From positions 100,191,731 to 100,255,730 of the forward strand of contig NC_083404.1 of NCBI RefSeq assembly GCF_020745735.1: a stretch of DNA of 64,000 bases, read 5' to 3'. The translations under genes and the position numbers were made by a program. This DNA comes from Hemiscyllium ocellatum (lineage: Eukaryota). The notes under the pieces are model-generated. The model had not been told where the DNA came from. It did not search any database and worked only from the letters and a program-made list of their open reading frames with translations. How positions within the stretch are numbered: position 1 is the stretch's first letter; each line of letters begins with the position of its first letter. Shown here piece by piece: positions 13,346 to 26,019 of this stretch.

Positions 13346-13769
13346 GTGAAACTCAACAAGCTGTGTGGAAGAGTTCCGTCTGTTATTTTAACAGAAGGCT
13401 GATCCCATTTTAAACATAAAGCCTAATACTTTGATGTTGGACAGACAGTAACTTCTCAACCTTCCAAAAAAGTAGACTTCCATCTTTGCTCTTGTCATAC
13501 TTTGAGCTATTTTGTGTTATATAGTCACTTTATGTCAAAAAATAACTTATATCAACCATTTGCATAGATTGATAATAGTTACACTGTACAAATCAATATA
13601 ATGATACTTCTTCTGGGATCCTACTAACAATTTTCCCTCATCTCAAATGCAGTCTCCACAGGATTTCTTTACACACACATTTGCAACCTCGCAGCCTTCA
13701 GCAGTCCCATCTTTCTTTCCATTCCTCAATATATCGTGCGCAAAAACGCAATTCATCCTGTAAAATACA

Positions 13770-13900
13770 AGCAAAGTACTGTGGATGCTGGACAGATTAA
13801 ATGAAAACAGAGAGCCCTGTAGAAACTCAGCAGTTCTGGCAGTATATCTGGAAAGAGAAACAGAGCTAGTGTTTTGAGTCCTGCATGACTCCTCTTCACA
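13770..13900 (-). mobile_element. Penelope family-C terminal fragment with decayed HHR
   Basis: gatgctgg..aaactcagcag.tctggcag..gagaaacagag..gagtcc..gactcctcttca. Similar copies at about 25815-25950(-), 26680-26785(+), 35155-35255(-), 44030-44145(-) and 49790-49890(+). Confidence 0.6.
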
Positions 13901-15642
13901 TTGTTATAAGATTATATGTGTTATCCTTGTAGAGAAACTGAACAAATTGAGAAATTGAATTAACTGAGATTTAGCATGAATGATGAGTCATACTCATGTA
14001 ATCCCCAACAGGGCAACATAATTAATTGTGTGACACATACTCACATGCCTATTATACCTGGTGAGGTGGTGAGTGTTAGGGGATGTGTTGTCTCTGTAGG
14101 TGCAAACAATGTTGCATAATTAGGAGCAGAAATTGCTGCACCAAGTATGAGACAATTGCACACCAGTTGAGATATGTAATGCTGTGGCATCCTTTTCAAG
14201 ACACAGAAAGGATTAAATCAATGGGTAAAATGTTGTCAGCAACAACAAAATCCTGAAACTGTAAAGTGGATGGCATCTCTGTGCAACCAGAGGCTTAAAA
14301 AATAATGTTGTTGTCACTCTCAACTTAATGAATGGTGGTCAGGGGTCATGGCTAATTAAGGAAGGTAAACCAGCCGTCGACAATGTTGCCCCCACCAAAG
14401 AAATGACTGTTTTCCATCTTTAAAAACATCTCCACAAGAGATGGCCAACACTAAGGATATAGATAGAAATTCGTTGTCATTGTATTTGTGAAAATACAGC
14501 AAAACGTGTGTAAGTCACCACGATAATAGAGCCATTTAATTACATAAGTTACACTTTTCAAAAATAGTTAAGACATATATCATTTTTTGTCCATTCCACG
14601 GCCTCTGGTTTCATGAACTGGCACTGCCAAAGACTGGGGCCTGCCCAACTCCCGAAGATGGTACAGGGGGAGCCTCCCGAAACCTCCAAGAACAGGGGGC
14701 CTGTTGATGATTGGGCAAGCCTGTTGAAACTGCCCAAGAGCCAGCAGCCTATTGAAACTGTTGATGACTGGGCAAGTTTCTTGAAACTGTCAGGAGGCAG
14801 GGGCTTGTTGAAACTGCTCAGAACCCGGTGCTGTTCCAAAACTGCCATACCTCAGCCACAGACAGAAGGAAAAATAAATTTGATACAAAAGATGAAATAA
14901 AAAGTAATATTAAGAAGAAATAATAAAAATAATTTTAAAAAGGCTGTGGCTGGTCAGCTGAAAGGGAGTGTATGGGCCAGGAAACCAAACACTACCTAAT
15001 CTGCTGTCTCCACCATCTTGCCGGCTTTAGGGACTGTCCCAAAGTGGCTCCCAGCTAACATTCTTCCCAGTACCTCATCCCCCAGCTGGTAACATCCCAG
15101 CCATTGTCACCAACAATGTTGCCTGGTTGGCTCCCTCCTGTTCAGGGACTAAACCAACTTTTTAAAAGTTGGAATCAAATGATCACAGATTCCAGTGGCA
15201 TTAAATTGCACTGTCACACCTTTATTTTGTCTACAATTTGGCTCACTTGAGGTAGAGTAATTTTGCTCCTAATTATACATTGTGGTTTATATCTGCACAG
15301 ACACATCAGGAGTAAACAGCATGTTGCTGACTTTTATGCAAAATGCACAATCAATTGCGTTAATCTACAAGTCTAAGCCATTGTGCATCTAAATGTAAAC
15401 TGTTCCTTTCTGTTTCTATTTTGTTTACACATTCATGGGATATAGGGTTAAAAATCATACAACACCAGGTTATAGTCCAACAGATTTAATTGGAAGCACT
15501 AGCTTTCAGTGCACTGCTCCTTCATCAGGTGGTTGTGGTATATAAAATCCTAAGACACAAAAGTTATAGTAAAAGTTTACAGTGTGATGTAATTGAAATT
15601 ATATATCAAAAAAGACCTGGATTGTTTGTTAAGTCTCTCATC

Positions 15643-16935
15643 TACTCCTCCCTCCCCTTCCTAGACCTTTCCATTTCTATCTCGGGCGACCGACTCAACA
15701 CAGACATCTATTATAAACCGACTGACTCCCACAGCTACCTGGACTACACCTCCTCCCACCCTGCCCCCTGTAAAAACGCCATCCCATATTCCCAATTCCT
15801 TCGTCTCCGCCGCATCTGCTCCCAGGAGGACCAATTCCAACACCGCACAACCCAGATGGCCTCCTTCTTCAAGGACCGCAGATTCCCCCCAGACGTGATC
15901 GACGATGCCCTCCACCGCATCTCCTCCACTTCCCACTCCTCCGCCCTTGAGCCCCGCTCCTCCAACCGCCACCAAGACAGAACCCCACTGGTTCTCACCT
16001 ACCACCCCACCAACCTGCGCATACAACGTATTATCCGCCGCCATTTCCGCCACCTCCAAACGGACCCCACCACCAAGGATATATTTCCCTCCCCTCCCCT
16101 ATCAGCGTTCCGCAAGGACCACTCCCTTCGTGACTCCCTTGTCAGATCCACACCCCCCACCAACCCAACCTCCACCCCCGGCACCTTCCCCTGCAACCGC
16201 AGGAAATGTAAAACTTGCGCCCACACCTCCACACTCACTTCCCTCCAAGGCCCCAAGGGATCCTTCCATATCCGCCACAAGTTCACCTGTACCTCCACAC
16301 ACATCATCTATTGCATCCGCTGCACCCGATGTGGCCTCCTCTATATTGGTGAGACAGGCCGCTTACTTGCGGAACGCTTCAGAGAACACCTCTGGGCCGC
16401 CCGAACCAACCAACCCAATCACCCCGTGGCTCAACACTTTAACTCCCCCTCCCACTCCACCGAGGACATGCAGGTCCTTGGACTCCTCCACCGGCAGAAC
16501 ACAACTACACGACGGCTGGAGGAGGAGCGCCTCATCTTCCGCCTGGGAACCCTCCAACCACAAGGTATGAATTCAGATTTCTCCAGCTTCCTCATTTCCC
16601 CTCCCCCCACCTTGTCTCAGTCGGTTCCCTCAACTCAGCACCGCCCTCCTAACCTGCAATCCTCTTCCTGACCTCTCCGCCCCCACCCCACTCCGGCCTA
16701 TCACCCTCACCTTGACCTCCTTCCACCCATCCCACCTCCATCGCCCCTCCCCCTAGTCCCTCCTCCCTACCTTTTATCTCAGCCTGCTTGGCTCTCTCTC
16801 TCTTATTCCTGATGAAGGGCTTATGCTCGAAACGTCGAATTCTCTATTCCTGAGATGCTGCCTAACCTGCTGTGCTTTGACCAGCAACACATTTGCAGCT
16901 GTGATCTCCAGCATCTGCAGACCTCATTTTTTACT
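15643..16935 (+). mobile_element. Young Penelope family-A (Neptune-type) element, 5'-truncated: RT thumb, CCHH linker, GIY-YIG endonuclease and HHR
   Basis: Open frame to 16671 containing LPFLDL..YYKPTDSHSYLDYTSSHP, PCNRRKCKTCAH and IIYCIRCTRCGLLYIGETGR..ERFREH..LEEERLIFRLGTLQPQGMN. Confidence 0.93.
16805..16840 (+). ncRNA. Minimal type-I hammerhead ribozyme motif (intact)
   Basis: Stem I attc/gaat, core CTGATGA plus one extra A, stem II GGGC-ttat-GCTC, GAAA, palindromic ACGT stem III. Predicted GUC cleavage after 16836. Confidence 0.8.
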
Positions 16936-17164
16936 TTTAGAATGGGTATGTTGGTTTCAGTTCTTTCATATGTAAATCGCAGAATTACACATGTCGGCCC
17001 AGATAATGCATTTAAGGTGTGAGGTGCCCTGTATGAGACTGTCTATGCCACAATATTCAGACTGATTCTAATCTAAAAAACAGATTTACAAAATCTTACA
17101 TGGATTCTTGCAGTTATTGAGCAAAATAAAGTGTAATTTTGCAAGTACAAATTCACCCCACAAA

Positions 17165-17323
17165 CGTGTGTGTGTGTGTGTGTGTGTATGTGTGTGTGTG
17201 CATGTGGGTGTGTGTATGGAGGGGGGACGTTATAAGTGTCTGTGAGAGAGTGTGTGTATGTGTATGACTGTGAGTGTAAAGGGGTATAAGTCTGTGAGAG
17301 GGTGAGTGTGCGTGTGAGTGTCG

Positions 17324-17360
<37 letters not shown>

Positions 17361-17381
17361 TGTGTGTGTGTGTGTGTGTGT
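17165..17381. repeat. (TG)n-rich microsatellite tract within the PLE family-B 3' UTR
   Basis: Directly visible. A homologous tract lies at about 48485-48730. Confidence 0.95.
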
Positions 17382-17778
17382 ACAGTGCAATGGGGTCCCC
17401 TGTAGTGTGACATAAACCCAAGGTCCCGGTTGAGGCCATCCCCATGGATACCGAACTTGGCTATCAGCCTCTGCTCGGCCACTTTTCCAAAGTCAGTCTT
17501 CGAGGATGGTCACCCGAAGGTCCGAGGTCGAATGTCCCAGACTGCTGAAGTGTTCTCTGATTGGGAGAGAACACTTTTTCAATATATAATTTCAGTTAAA
17601 TCACACTGCAAAGCTTTGCTATAAATTCTGTGTCTTACAATCTTATACTCCACAACCACCTGATGAAGGAGCAACACTCTGAAAGCTAGTAATTCCAAAT
17701 ATACCTGTTGGACTATAACCTGGCGTTCTGTGATTTTTAACTTTGCACATTCCAGTCTAGCACCAGCACTTCCAAATT

Positions 17779-17995
17779 ATGGGATATAGGCATTGCTGGC
17801 TAGGCCAACATGTATTGCCCATCCCGAATTATCCAGATGATAATTAAGTCAATAATTGCTGTTGTTCTGAAGTCACATGTAGACCAGACCAGACCAGACC
17901 AGATAAGTATAGCAGTTTCCTTCCTAAATGGCATTAGGGAACCAAATGGGTTTTTCTGATGTCAACAATGATGCCATGATCATTATTAGACTCTT
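17779..17995 (-). mobile_element. tRNA-derived SINE with CR1-type tail (host of the family-B PLE)
   Basis: Reverse complement of the 25100/61300 SINE family (gtcacatgtagaccagacc..ttccttcctaaatggcattagggaacca). Its tail begins at about 15430. Confidence 0.7.
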
Positions 17996-19651
17996 TCTGA
18001 GACTCAGTTGTTTGAGCAGTAAAAATGCAAAGCTCTAGTTTCACACCTTTATACAAACCAGATCTCATAATCCCTTAATTTGTGAATTTATTAGAATATC
18101 AAAGATTGGCAGTATTTATACACGTGGAGTACAGACAAGGAAGAGTAAACTGCACACTATCTATTGTTTGCACGCCTGTAGTATAAAAGAGCTTAGTGAC
18201 TCTAATGCCAAGAGGGTTACAGTTTGCTGGGTGGGTGCATTTTATTATCCTTTCTTCACAGATCAGTTACCTTAAAGCTCAGTCACATTCCTAACCTTTA
18301 GCTGAACTCTTGAAAATGGATGTTATCAGTCAGTATTCAGTTGACTGTTGCTGTATTCTTGGGAGCTGTCAATGTTGGAACAGGGATAATGGTCATGCAG
18401 GTGAAGTGTATAAGTGAATCAGACCTTTAATACATCACATACCTTTGGCATACTGTGTTAATTCAATGCTTATTCAGTTATGCAGTTGTTCCTTGGGGAT
18501 TTCCACTTCTTGATAATGTTCTGCACATGCAAAGCTGTTAAATATAAACCTCTCACTGAGGTGACTTCATACTAATTGAGATCTAACATCATGCTCTGAA
18601 AACACTGCTCATTTTTTGACAGCTGTGGCAAATTCTATCAGAACAGCTCCGATAACTTATTACATTCTAACCAAATAGCAACATTCTACATATTGCAGAA
18701 AAAGATATAATTTGTCAAAGTTTTTTTTTACCTTGAACTCAACAGAACAATTCATAAGAACCATCAAGATGAAGGAAATCAACCCGTTTGTTTATACCAT
18801 AAGATGGAAGTTTTGGTTAGTTGGTAAGTCAATTCTGATTGGTAGATGTAATATCATGGGAACTGCAACAGCTAGATGATGACTGACAGTTAACTACCAA
18901 ACTTTGCTTAAGCATTAATCCAGGCAGATTGACTCTGCTTGGTCAAGGCATTGTGCAGATAAATGAACCAAACTGTATCCTTCACCTGTTTTGTTGTGTT
19001 ACGTATCTGTTCTTTCTGTCTGAAAAGAACAGAACCTTGTGTGTTAACATACATAGCTTCAAATGCACCATATTGCAAGCCTGATTGACAATTTTGAATT
19101 GGTTATCTATCAAGTTACCAGGTAAGTTTGACTGATTTTCTTTCCTAAACGATATTCATAAACTCATCAGAATTTTACAACAAGCATCAATGGTCTCATA
19201 ATAGCCATTACTGACATTAGATGCATATTCCAAATTATTAATTCAATTTGAATTACACCAGTGGCTATGTAGGAATTTGAACCCATGTGTTTGTATTATA
19301 TTATATCAGAATTATTAGTGAGGATATTGATGAATTTTTCTAATTCTGTTTCTGAGTGATTCAAGATATTCCAAGTCATCACAGAGCTGTCCTTACAATA
19401 TAATTGCATCACATAATAAATTAGTTAGTGAAAATGACAAAGGAGGCCCTAAAAATGAAATTATTCCCCCAAAGTCTTGAGAAAATCTCAAGAAGAGCCT
19501 TGAAAAGAAAAATTGTGCTCTTCCTCAATTCATTTATGAATTATAAGGTGGTGAATTGGCACTGTACCGGAATATTTGAGGCTAAGTATATTACAATGGA
19601 TCAGATAAAAGCCCCTCAAAATATATTTAGAAGATAGCCTAGAGCCTTTCT

Positions 19652-20383
19652 TATTACAAAGTTAAGTGTAAGGTATTGCATTCCAGATGCAATTTAATTG
19701 GTCAAACTACTTGACTTTAAGCAAAACATACTTTATCTTTACAGTTAAAATACAGACAAAACAAAATAAAAGAAAATAATTGGCTTAACTGTAATTCTAT
19801 CAAAACGCTTAACAAAATAATTCAACACCAGGTTATAGTCCAATAGGTTTATTTGGAAATACTAGCTTTCAGAGCACTGCTTCTTCATCAGGTAACTAGT
19901 GGAACCTTCCAAAATAAACCTGTTGGACTATAACCAGGTGTTGTGTGATTTTTAACTTTGTCCACCCCAGTACAACACCAGCACCTCCACAGCATAACAA
20001 AATATTGACTACATATCAATTAACAGGTCCAATATAATGACATCCCTTGGTAAAAGAAAATTTAGTAAAATAAATTGTCTGACATACAATTCTAGCGGCA
20101 GGAAGAGAACCCCAAATTATAGCTATAACAGAGAAAGGAATAAGAGCTTCCACATCTAGCTTCAAGATTCCAACAACAGCTGAAAGCTACAACTAAAAAT
20201 CCTAGTTCTAGTGGAAGTTTGACCAGACCCATTCAGGCTGCTTCTATTGTTCCAAGTTAAAAAATAACCCAAGGCCTCACAAGCTTCATTGGCTTAGAAT
20301 AGATTACTTGGTTCATTCGTCTCAGCTTTTCTTCATAATAGAAAAGGACAAAATATACCTCTTAAAGCCATAGTAAAATCACA
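19652..20383 (-). mobile_element. Probable LTR relic containing a family-B PLE insert
   Basis: Minus strand begins tgtgattttactatggctttaagagg. LTR-like composition. Boundaries uncertain. Confidence 0.35.
19820..19994. mobile_element. Penelope family-B inverted pLTR fragment with HHR
   Basis: Minus-strand HHR at about 19860-19893 and inverted ttatagtccaa/ttggactataa arms. TSD taacaaaata at 19810-19819 and 19995-20004. Confidence 0.8.
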
Positions 20384-21879
20384 GTATTTATTTTTTAAAT
20401 GTTGTAAATGCATTATGGACACTGTAACAGAAGTGACATTTTCATTTTAATGTTGCAAATGGACAAGGACCCTTGGTATTTCCATAAGGAAGGATTAAAT
20501 ATGTAAAAGAACAAAACAGTTGAGCCATTACTTAGATCACGACTGAAATAATTTGGAAAGAACAGAACCTTGAAAGAGACACCAGGATACGATGTGTTCC
20601 CAGGAGAACTGAGCATGGGGAACAGGTAAAATGTAGTCAGTAACTTATATACGCAAAAATGTAACCAGAGTCTGGTTAACACCGATTCTTGCATTGTGCT
20701 AATGATATAAAGTATTTTAGTACAGGGTTAAGTTTTAGCAATTTATAATCTGGAACACTTTTAAGAATGCAAATCAGTCAGCTTTAAAAACGTGAAATAC
20801 CTTCACATGTAAGGATCTTGGATGCCATGTTACTGTGCTCACTGGATATTAACTTTCATTCCATTATGAATGCTGCTACAATCCTTTTATGCACCTATCG
20901 TATGTAGCGATTTTTCTTTTTTGCAGACAAGAGACTTGAAATGGATTATTAAGTCCAAACTAGGGCAAAGTATTGATGCATTTTTAAATTGTTACAGATG
21001 CTTGCATTTTTTGCCAGCTGTATAGTTATAATACTTGGAACTTGATGAGACCAACAATTGTGGAGATTCCTTGCAAAAGCAGTGTTACTGATTGTTTTGT
21101 TCCTCCTCACTGATAATTGAGTTCCTGTTAAGGTAATAACATTTATTTCTGAGAAATATGAAAAGCATGCAGCAAAATAAATGTTTTTTTGCCTTACTTA
21201 AATACTTTATAATATCTTCCCACACAATTGAAATCCAACTGACTTAAAAAATATGTTTACATCAGAGTAAAACATATGATAACATATGTTTTACATCAGA
21301 GTTAATTTTCAATTATAGAAAAGTGAAAACAAGCTGATGATTCACTATAATTCCATTTTGTGTAAATGGTACACGATCTTAGAATGACACTCAGTGTGTG
21401 AGGCTGACATGATGTGGCTATCCTAGTTAACTGACGCCAATATGACATGTGGATGAGATTTAAATGACAATGACTGACTTCATTCCCTTAGTCTTACATG
21501 TCAGCTCATACAGTCATACAGCTCTAAAGCACAGAAAAAAGCCATTTTGCCCATCATGTCCTCATTGGTCAAAAATAACCACTTAACTATTCTAATCCTA
21601 TTTTCCAGCATTTGGCCATTGGCTTGTACATCTTGGCATTGCAAGTGCACATCTAAACATCTCTTAAATACTATAAGAGATTCTGCCTCAACCACCTTAA
21701 CAAGCAGTGAGTCCCAGATTCACTCCACCTTCTGGTTGAAGACATTTTACCTCACATCTCGTCTATAGTTCATAATGGAAGCAGCATAGAAGGACTGGAG
21801 AGAACAAGGGGGCACTGCATATTATAATACTTGTGAAGGAGTAAGTGCTGCATATGAAGGAATGGGGCTTTGACAAGAT

Positions 21880-23440
21880 CATTTTGCTGTGTACTTCCTG
21901 CCACAAATATAGATGTCCATTTTCAAGAAGGGAGGTTGATCAGCCACGGTCATACCTGTGGAAGAGAAATTATGGGAGAAAATTCTGAAGGAGAGAATTA
22001 ATCTCCACTTGGAGAGGCAAGATTTTGATCAGGGATAGTCAGCATGGCTTTGGCAGAGAGCTAGGCGAAAATGAGGACTGCAGATGCTGGAGACCAGAGT
22101 TGAAAAGTGTGATGCTGTGAAAACACAGCAGGCCAGGCAGCATCCGAGGAGCAGGAGAATCGACGTTTCGGGCATAAGCCCTTCTTCAGGAATGAACCTG
22201 AAATGTCAATTCTCTTGGTCCTCGGATGCTGCCTGCCCTGCTGTGTTTTTCCAGCATCACATTTGGCAGAGACCTGTCACGCCAAATAAATTTAATTGGG
22301 TTTTTCGAGGAGGTGTCCAGATGTGTAGATGAAGTTGATGTAGCTTATATGGATTTTTTTATGGCCCTTTGATAAGGTCCCAGATGAGATATTGGTAAAG
22401 ACGGTTAAAGCACATGGGATCCAAGATGACATTACAAGTTAGATCCAAAATCTGTTTAGTGGTAGGGGAGAGGGGACAGTGATAGAAGGCTCCTTGTGGT
22501 ACTGGAAAACAGCAGTGTTCAGTTCATATCAGCCCTGCATTGTTTGTGATATAAATAAATGATATAGAAGAAAATGTTTAAGAGATAATAGGTAAGTTTT
22601 AGGTGACACAAGAATTGCTGGGAGATTGACAGTGAGGAAGAAGGCTACAAGAGGGAATAAATGGATGAGTCAGCCAGACAGGTAAGTGGTGAATGGAATT
22701 AAACCCTGACAAGTGTGAAGTGATACACTTTGAAGAAGTTTCAAGACAAGGGAATACTCAATGAATGGCAAGACACAGAGGGATCTTGGAAGCTTGTCAA
22801 CAGATCACTTAAGGCAGCAGCGCACAAGAATACAGGACACTTGCCATTATCGGCTGTAAAACAGATTTTAAGGGCAGGGAGATTATGTTGGAGCTCTACA
22901 AGGTGTTTCTTAGGTCACGATTGTAGCAGTGTGTTCAGTCTGATCACTACACTATCGGAAGGATGTGATTGCACTGGAGGAGCTGCAGAGGTGATTCACC
23001 AGGATTTTGTTAAAGATGGAGCAGTTTAGCTATGAAGGGAGGCTAGATAAGCTCAGATTGTTTTCTTTCTCGCAGAAAAGGCTAAGAGAAGACCTGATTG
23101 AGTTGAATACGATTATAAGGGATATGGAGAGGATCAATAGAAAGCAGCTGTTTTCCCTAAGTTGAAGGATCAACAACAATGGGGAATAATTTAAAGGTGA
23201 AAACCAGGAGATTGTGACAGGAATTAAGAAAAACCCTTCTCACCCAGAGGGTGGTAGGAATCTGGAATGCACTACTGCAAGATTGTTGAATCAGGAAACC
23301 TCACAACATGTAAAAATTACTTGGATGAGCGGCCAAGAGCTGGAACATGGGACTAGTATTGATTTAGAGTGATTTTGTCAGCGTAGACTCAGTGGGCCAA
23401 ATGTGTCTTGTGTCTTATTAATTTTTTATTCTATTCTATG
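21880..23440 (+). mobile_element. Degenerate CR1 LINE
   Basis: Remnants of LERQ.LIRDSQHGF, FDKVP, KCEV.HF and TQRVV.IWNAL, plus a CR1 tail. A minus-strand CR1 tail also lies at 21505-21765. Confidence 0.75.
22060..22261. mobile_element. Penelope family-A inverted pLTR fragment with intact HHR
   Basis: Minus strand 22158-22193 reads attc CTGAAGA A GGGC TTAT GCCC GAAA CG TC. 11-bp TSD tttggcagaga at 22049-22059 and 22262-22272. Confidence 0.85.
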
Positions 23441-23699
23441 ATCTCGGACCGTAAGTGTCAAACTGTGTGTGTATGGTACTTCAAACACAGGCACTATGCA
23501 GACCAATCCAACATCAAAGTCCTTCAAGAGTCATCTATCATTTCTATCTTTAATATTCTTCACAAAGTTCTGTTATGTTATCTGCTTTACTGTTTCAAAT
23601 GAGTATCAAAGCAATTCAAAAGAATTATTTAGAATTATTCCACAACAGACCACATGAGAAACAGGAGGAGTAAACTTTCCAGGAGAATATATAAATTAG

Positions 23700-24018
23700 G
23701 TTGCTAAGACAGCACCGTCCAAACCCATGACCATAACTTTTTAGGAGGACAAGGGAAGCAGAAACACCATTGAAATGGGAGCACCACCATTTGCAAGTTC
23801 CCTTCCAAGCCACTCACCATCCTGACTTGGAAATAAAGCATTGTCCCTTCAGTGTCATTGGATCGATATCCTGGAATTCTCTCCCTTATGGATCTACCTC
23901 TGCACATGGATTGCAACAGTTCAAGAAGGCAGTTTACAAGTACCTTCTCAAGGGCAACTAGGGGGAGGCAATAAATGCTGGTCCAGCCAGAAACATCCGT
24001 GTTCCATGAATGAATGAA
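23700..24018 (+). mobile_element. 3' end of a second CR1-type LINE family
   Basis: SWNSLP..HGLQQFKKAV..YLLKGN* and tail ggcaataaatgctggtcc..atgaatgaat. Further copies at 30590-31355(+), 7135-7305(-) and 51410-52560(-). Confidence 0.7.
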
Positions 24019-25100
24019 ATAAAGAAATAGTCTGACGTTGTCTGGGCTTCAATCCTTTTTGCATATAAAAATGTACCATTGTAAAGGCCAGTTTATAAAC
24101 TCCATTCAATAACCAAGAATTTCTTAAGTTTGATTCAGAATCTCCTTGGATAATGGGAATGCAGTAGACAGCTGGCAGTCCCATTGACTCTTTAACAGGA
24201 TTAAATATTAACCAGTCCCTGAAATGCAGGGAGATAGGCATTGAGCTCCTTTTGAGGCAGAAAACAACATTGTAGTGATCAGCATAAATTGGCTGATCAA
24301 CAGTCACTCTCTTACACTTGGGTAATGATTTATAGCATTCTATGGTACAGACGTTCATTCAATTAAACAGAACTATAGAAATCCTTGTCCAATTCAGCAT
24401 TCGATATGGATGCAGATTCCTCAGATTTCAGAAACTTGGGTATTTCCAGCTGGAACGGCTGTGCACTTGATCTGCTGTGCTCATCAACTGCTCCTGATTA
24501 GCTAAAATTTATAGAAAGCTGATCTCATGCAGCAACCATGACTCAGCTGATCATTCAGCATGCATATTCTGAATAATTGCGGTGCACTCAGCTGTGCCTT
24601 AAGACAATTTTTAACCTCCACTGCAAACTTTAGAAGGTCAACGTCTGCTTGTGGTTCATTCCATTCCTTAGATAGATGTTGTATCTATTCTGAGAACAAG
24701 TTGACATATGTCCTTGACCTTCAGCTCCTCCCTGATGAACCCTCTGCTGAGGTATCTGCGTCCACACCTGACTCTACGTTCTTTAAATACTCAAATAGAA
24801 AATTGCCTCACGTAGTTCCCTGCTGTCAATAGAAGCCTTGTGCTTCTTTCCTTGTCTGGATACAGTCTCAGCTGCTTATTATGTGACTATGCAGTGTCAC
24901 TGAATGAGCAAGGCATGAAGGGGTGTTTCCTGCATGCATCACTTGGCTTTGAATCAACACTACACCAAGGCCACATATCCCAATCAGCTGGTGTGATGCC
25001 AAGTTTTCAAATTTGGGCAATTCATGGCCACGCAGCTTCCTCATGATTTATTTTGCAAATAAGAAGCATGAGGCAGCAACATGAGCCCTGCGCTAAGGTA

Positions 25101-25460
25101 AGTGGTGATGTTGTGATAATGTCACTGGACTACATTTCTAGAATCCCAAGGTAGTGTTCTGGGGTCATGAGTCCAAAACGCCATCATTTTAGATGGTGAA
25201 ATTTGAAAGCAATAAAAAATCTGGAATAGAAAGCTGCCCTAATGGTCACCTTGTAACCCACTCTTGGTTGCCTTAAAGACCTGCCTGGTTCAGTCATGCC
25301 ACTTAGGAAAGGAAATTTGCTAAACCTACTTGTCTGGCCTACAAGTGACGCAGACAGCTTTCACAGCAATGTGTTTAACTCTTAACTGCCCTCTGAACAA
25401 TTACAGGTGGGCATTAAAGGTCGATCTATGTAATAATGTCCCCAACCTTCAACAAATAAC
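25101..25460 (+). mobile_element. tRNA-derived SINE with CR1-type tail
   Basis: gtcactggacta..ggggtc..aaatttgaa..aaatctggaa..ctggttca..ggaaatttgc..ctggcctac. Family shared with 53140/54813 and 61302. Confidence 0.65.
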
Positions 25461-26019
25461 AAAAGCACCCCAAAACAGCAGATAAGATAATCTTTTGGAT
25501 GATTTTGATTGAAAAGTGTCTGGAGATATTCTAGCTCTTTTCTGGAGGTGTTGCAGAGGAAGTCTTGATTTGGCAGAAAGTATTGTTGTATCTCCAAAGA
25601 TGGAGCAGACGTGTGGTTGACCTGTCCACCACACAAATGCTGCAAAGGTTTAGTGAACAGTGCTGCCAGTGCTTCTGGATTGGTACAGCAATACAGAGAA
25701 GTAGCAGAGCCCACAGAGTTGCAGGTTCTGTTTGATTATATCAGACATATTGAAACAGGACTCCTCCTTGCTCCTTGACAGTGACAGGAGGCTGATGCAC
25801 CCAATATCTCAAATAAAAGCAAAACACTGCAGATGTTGGAAAGCTGAAACAAACAAATCCAATGCTGGAGACATTTAGCAGATCTGGCAACATGTGTGAA
25901 GAGAGAAAAACAGAGTTAATGTCTCGAGTCCAGTGTAATTCATCTTCAATTCTGACTGATTAGCTCAGGTTAAAAGAAAACATTCACCAGGTCTCTTACT
26001 TAGCAAAAAATAACTGTTT

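Larger units (their letters stand above)
15447..17778 (-). mobile_element. Penelope family-B element, 5'-truncated with inverted pLTR, interrupted by a family-A copy
   Basis: Minus-strand GIY-YIG end AEQRLIAKFGIHGDGLNRDLGFMSHYR, a (CA)n UTR and an HHR at 15497-15531(-). Inverted terminal copy at 17575-17778 with an HHR at 17657-17691(+). 12-bp TSD atgggatatagg at 15435-15446 and 17779-17790. Confidence 0.85.

Noticed and set aside
15905-16570. Pro/Thr-rich 221-aa and 230-aa ORFs (also 28305-28997)
   Set aside because: These are alternative frames of the C-rich PLE sequence, where stop codons are scarce for compositional reasons.
15490-16671. 393-aa ORF as a domesticated GIY-YIG host gene
   Set aside because: The first ~51 codons are antisense family-B pLTR with a TTG start. 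The rest is a truncated young PLE.
17073-17482. His-Thr repeat proteins
   Set aside because: They are translations of a (CA)n microsatellite.
18695-19100. Possible fifth HHR-bearing family (homologous to about 36330-36570)
   Set aside because: The two blocks look related, but the putative core (ctgttga..aaaa..gacaa) is too decayed to call from this sequence.
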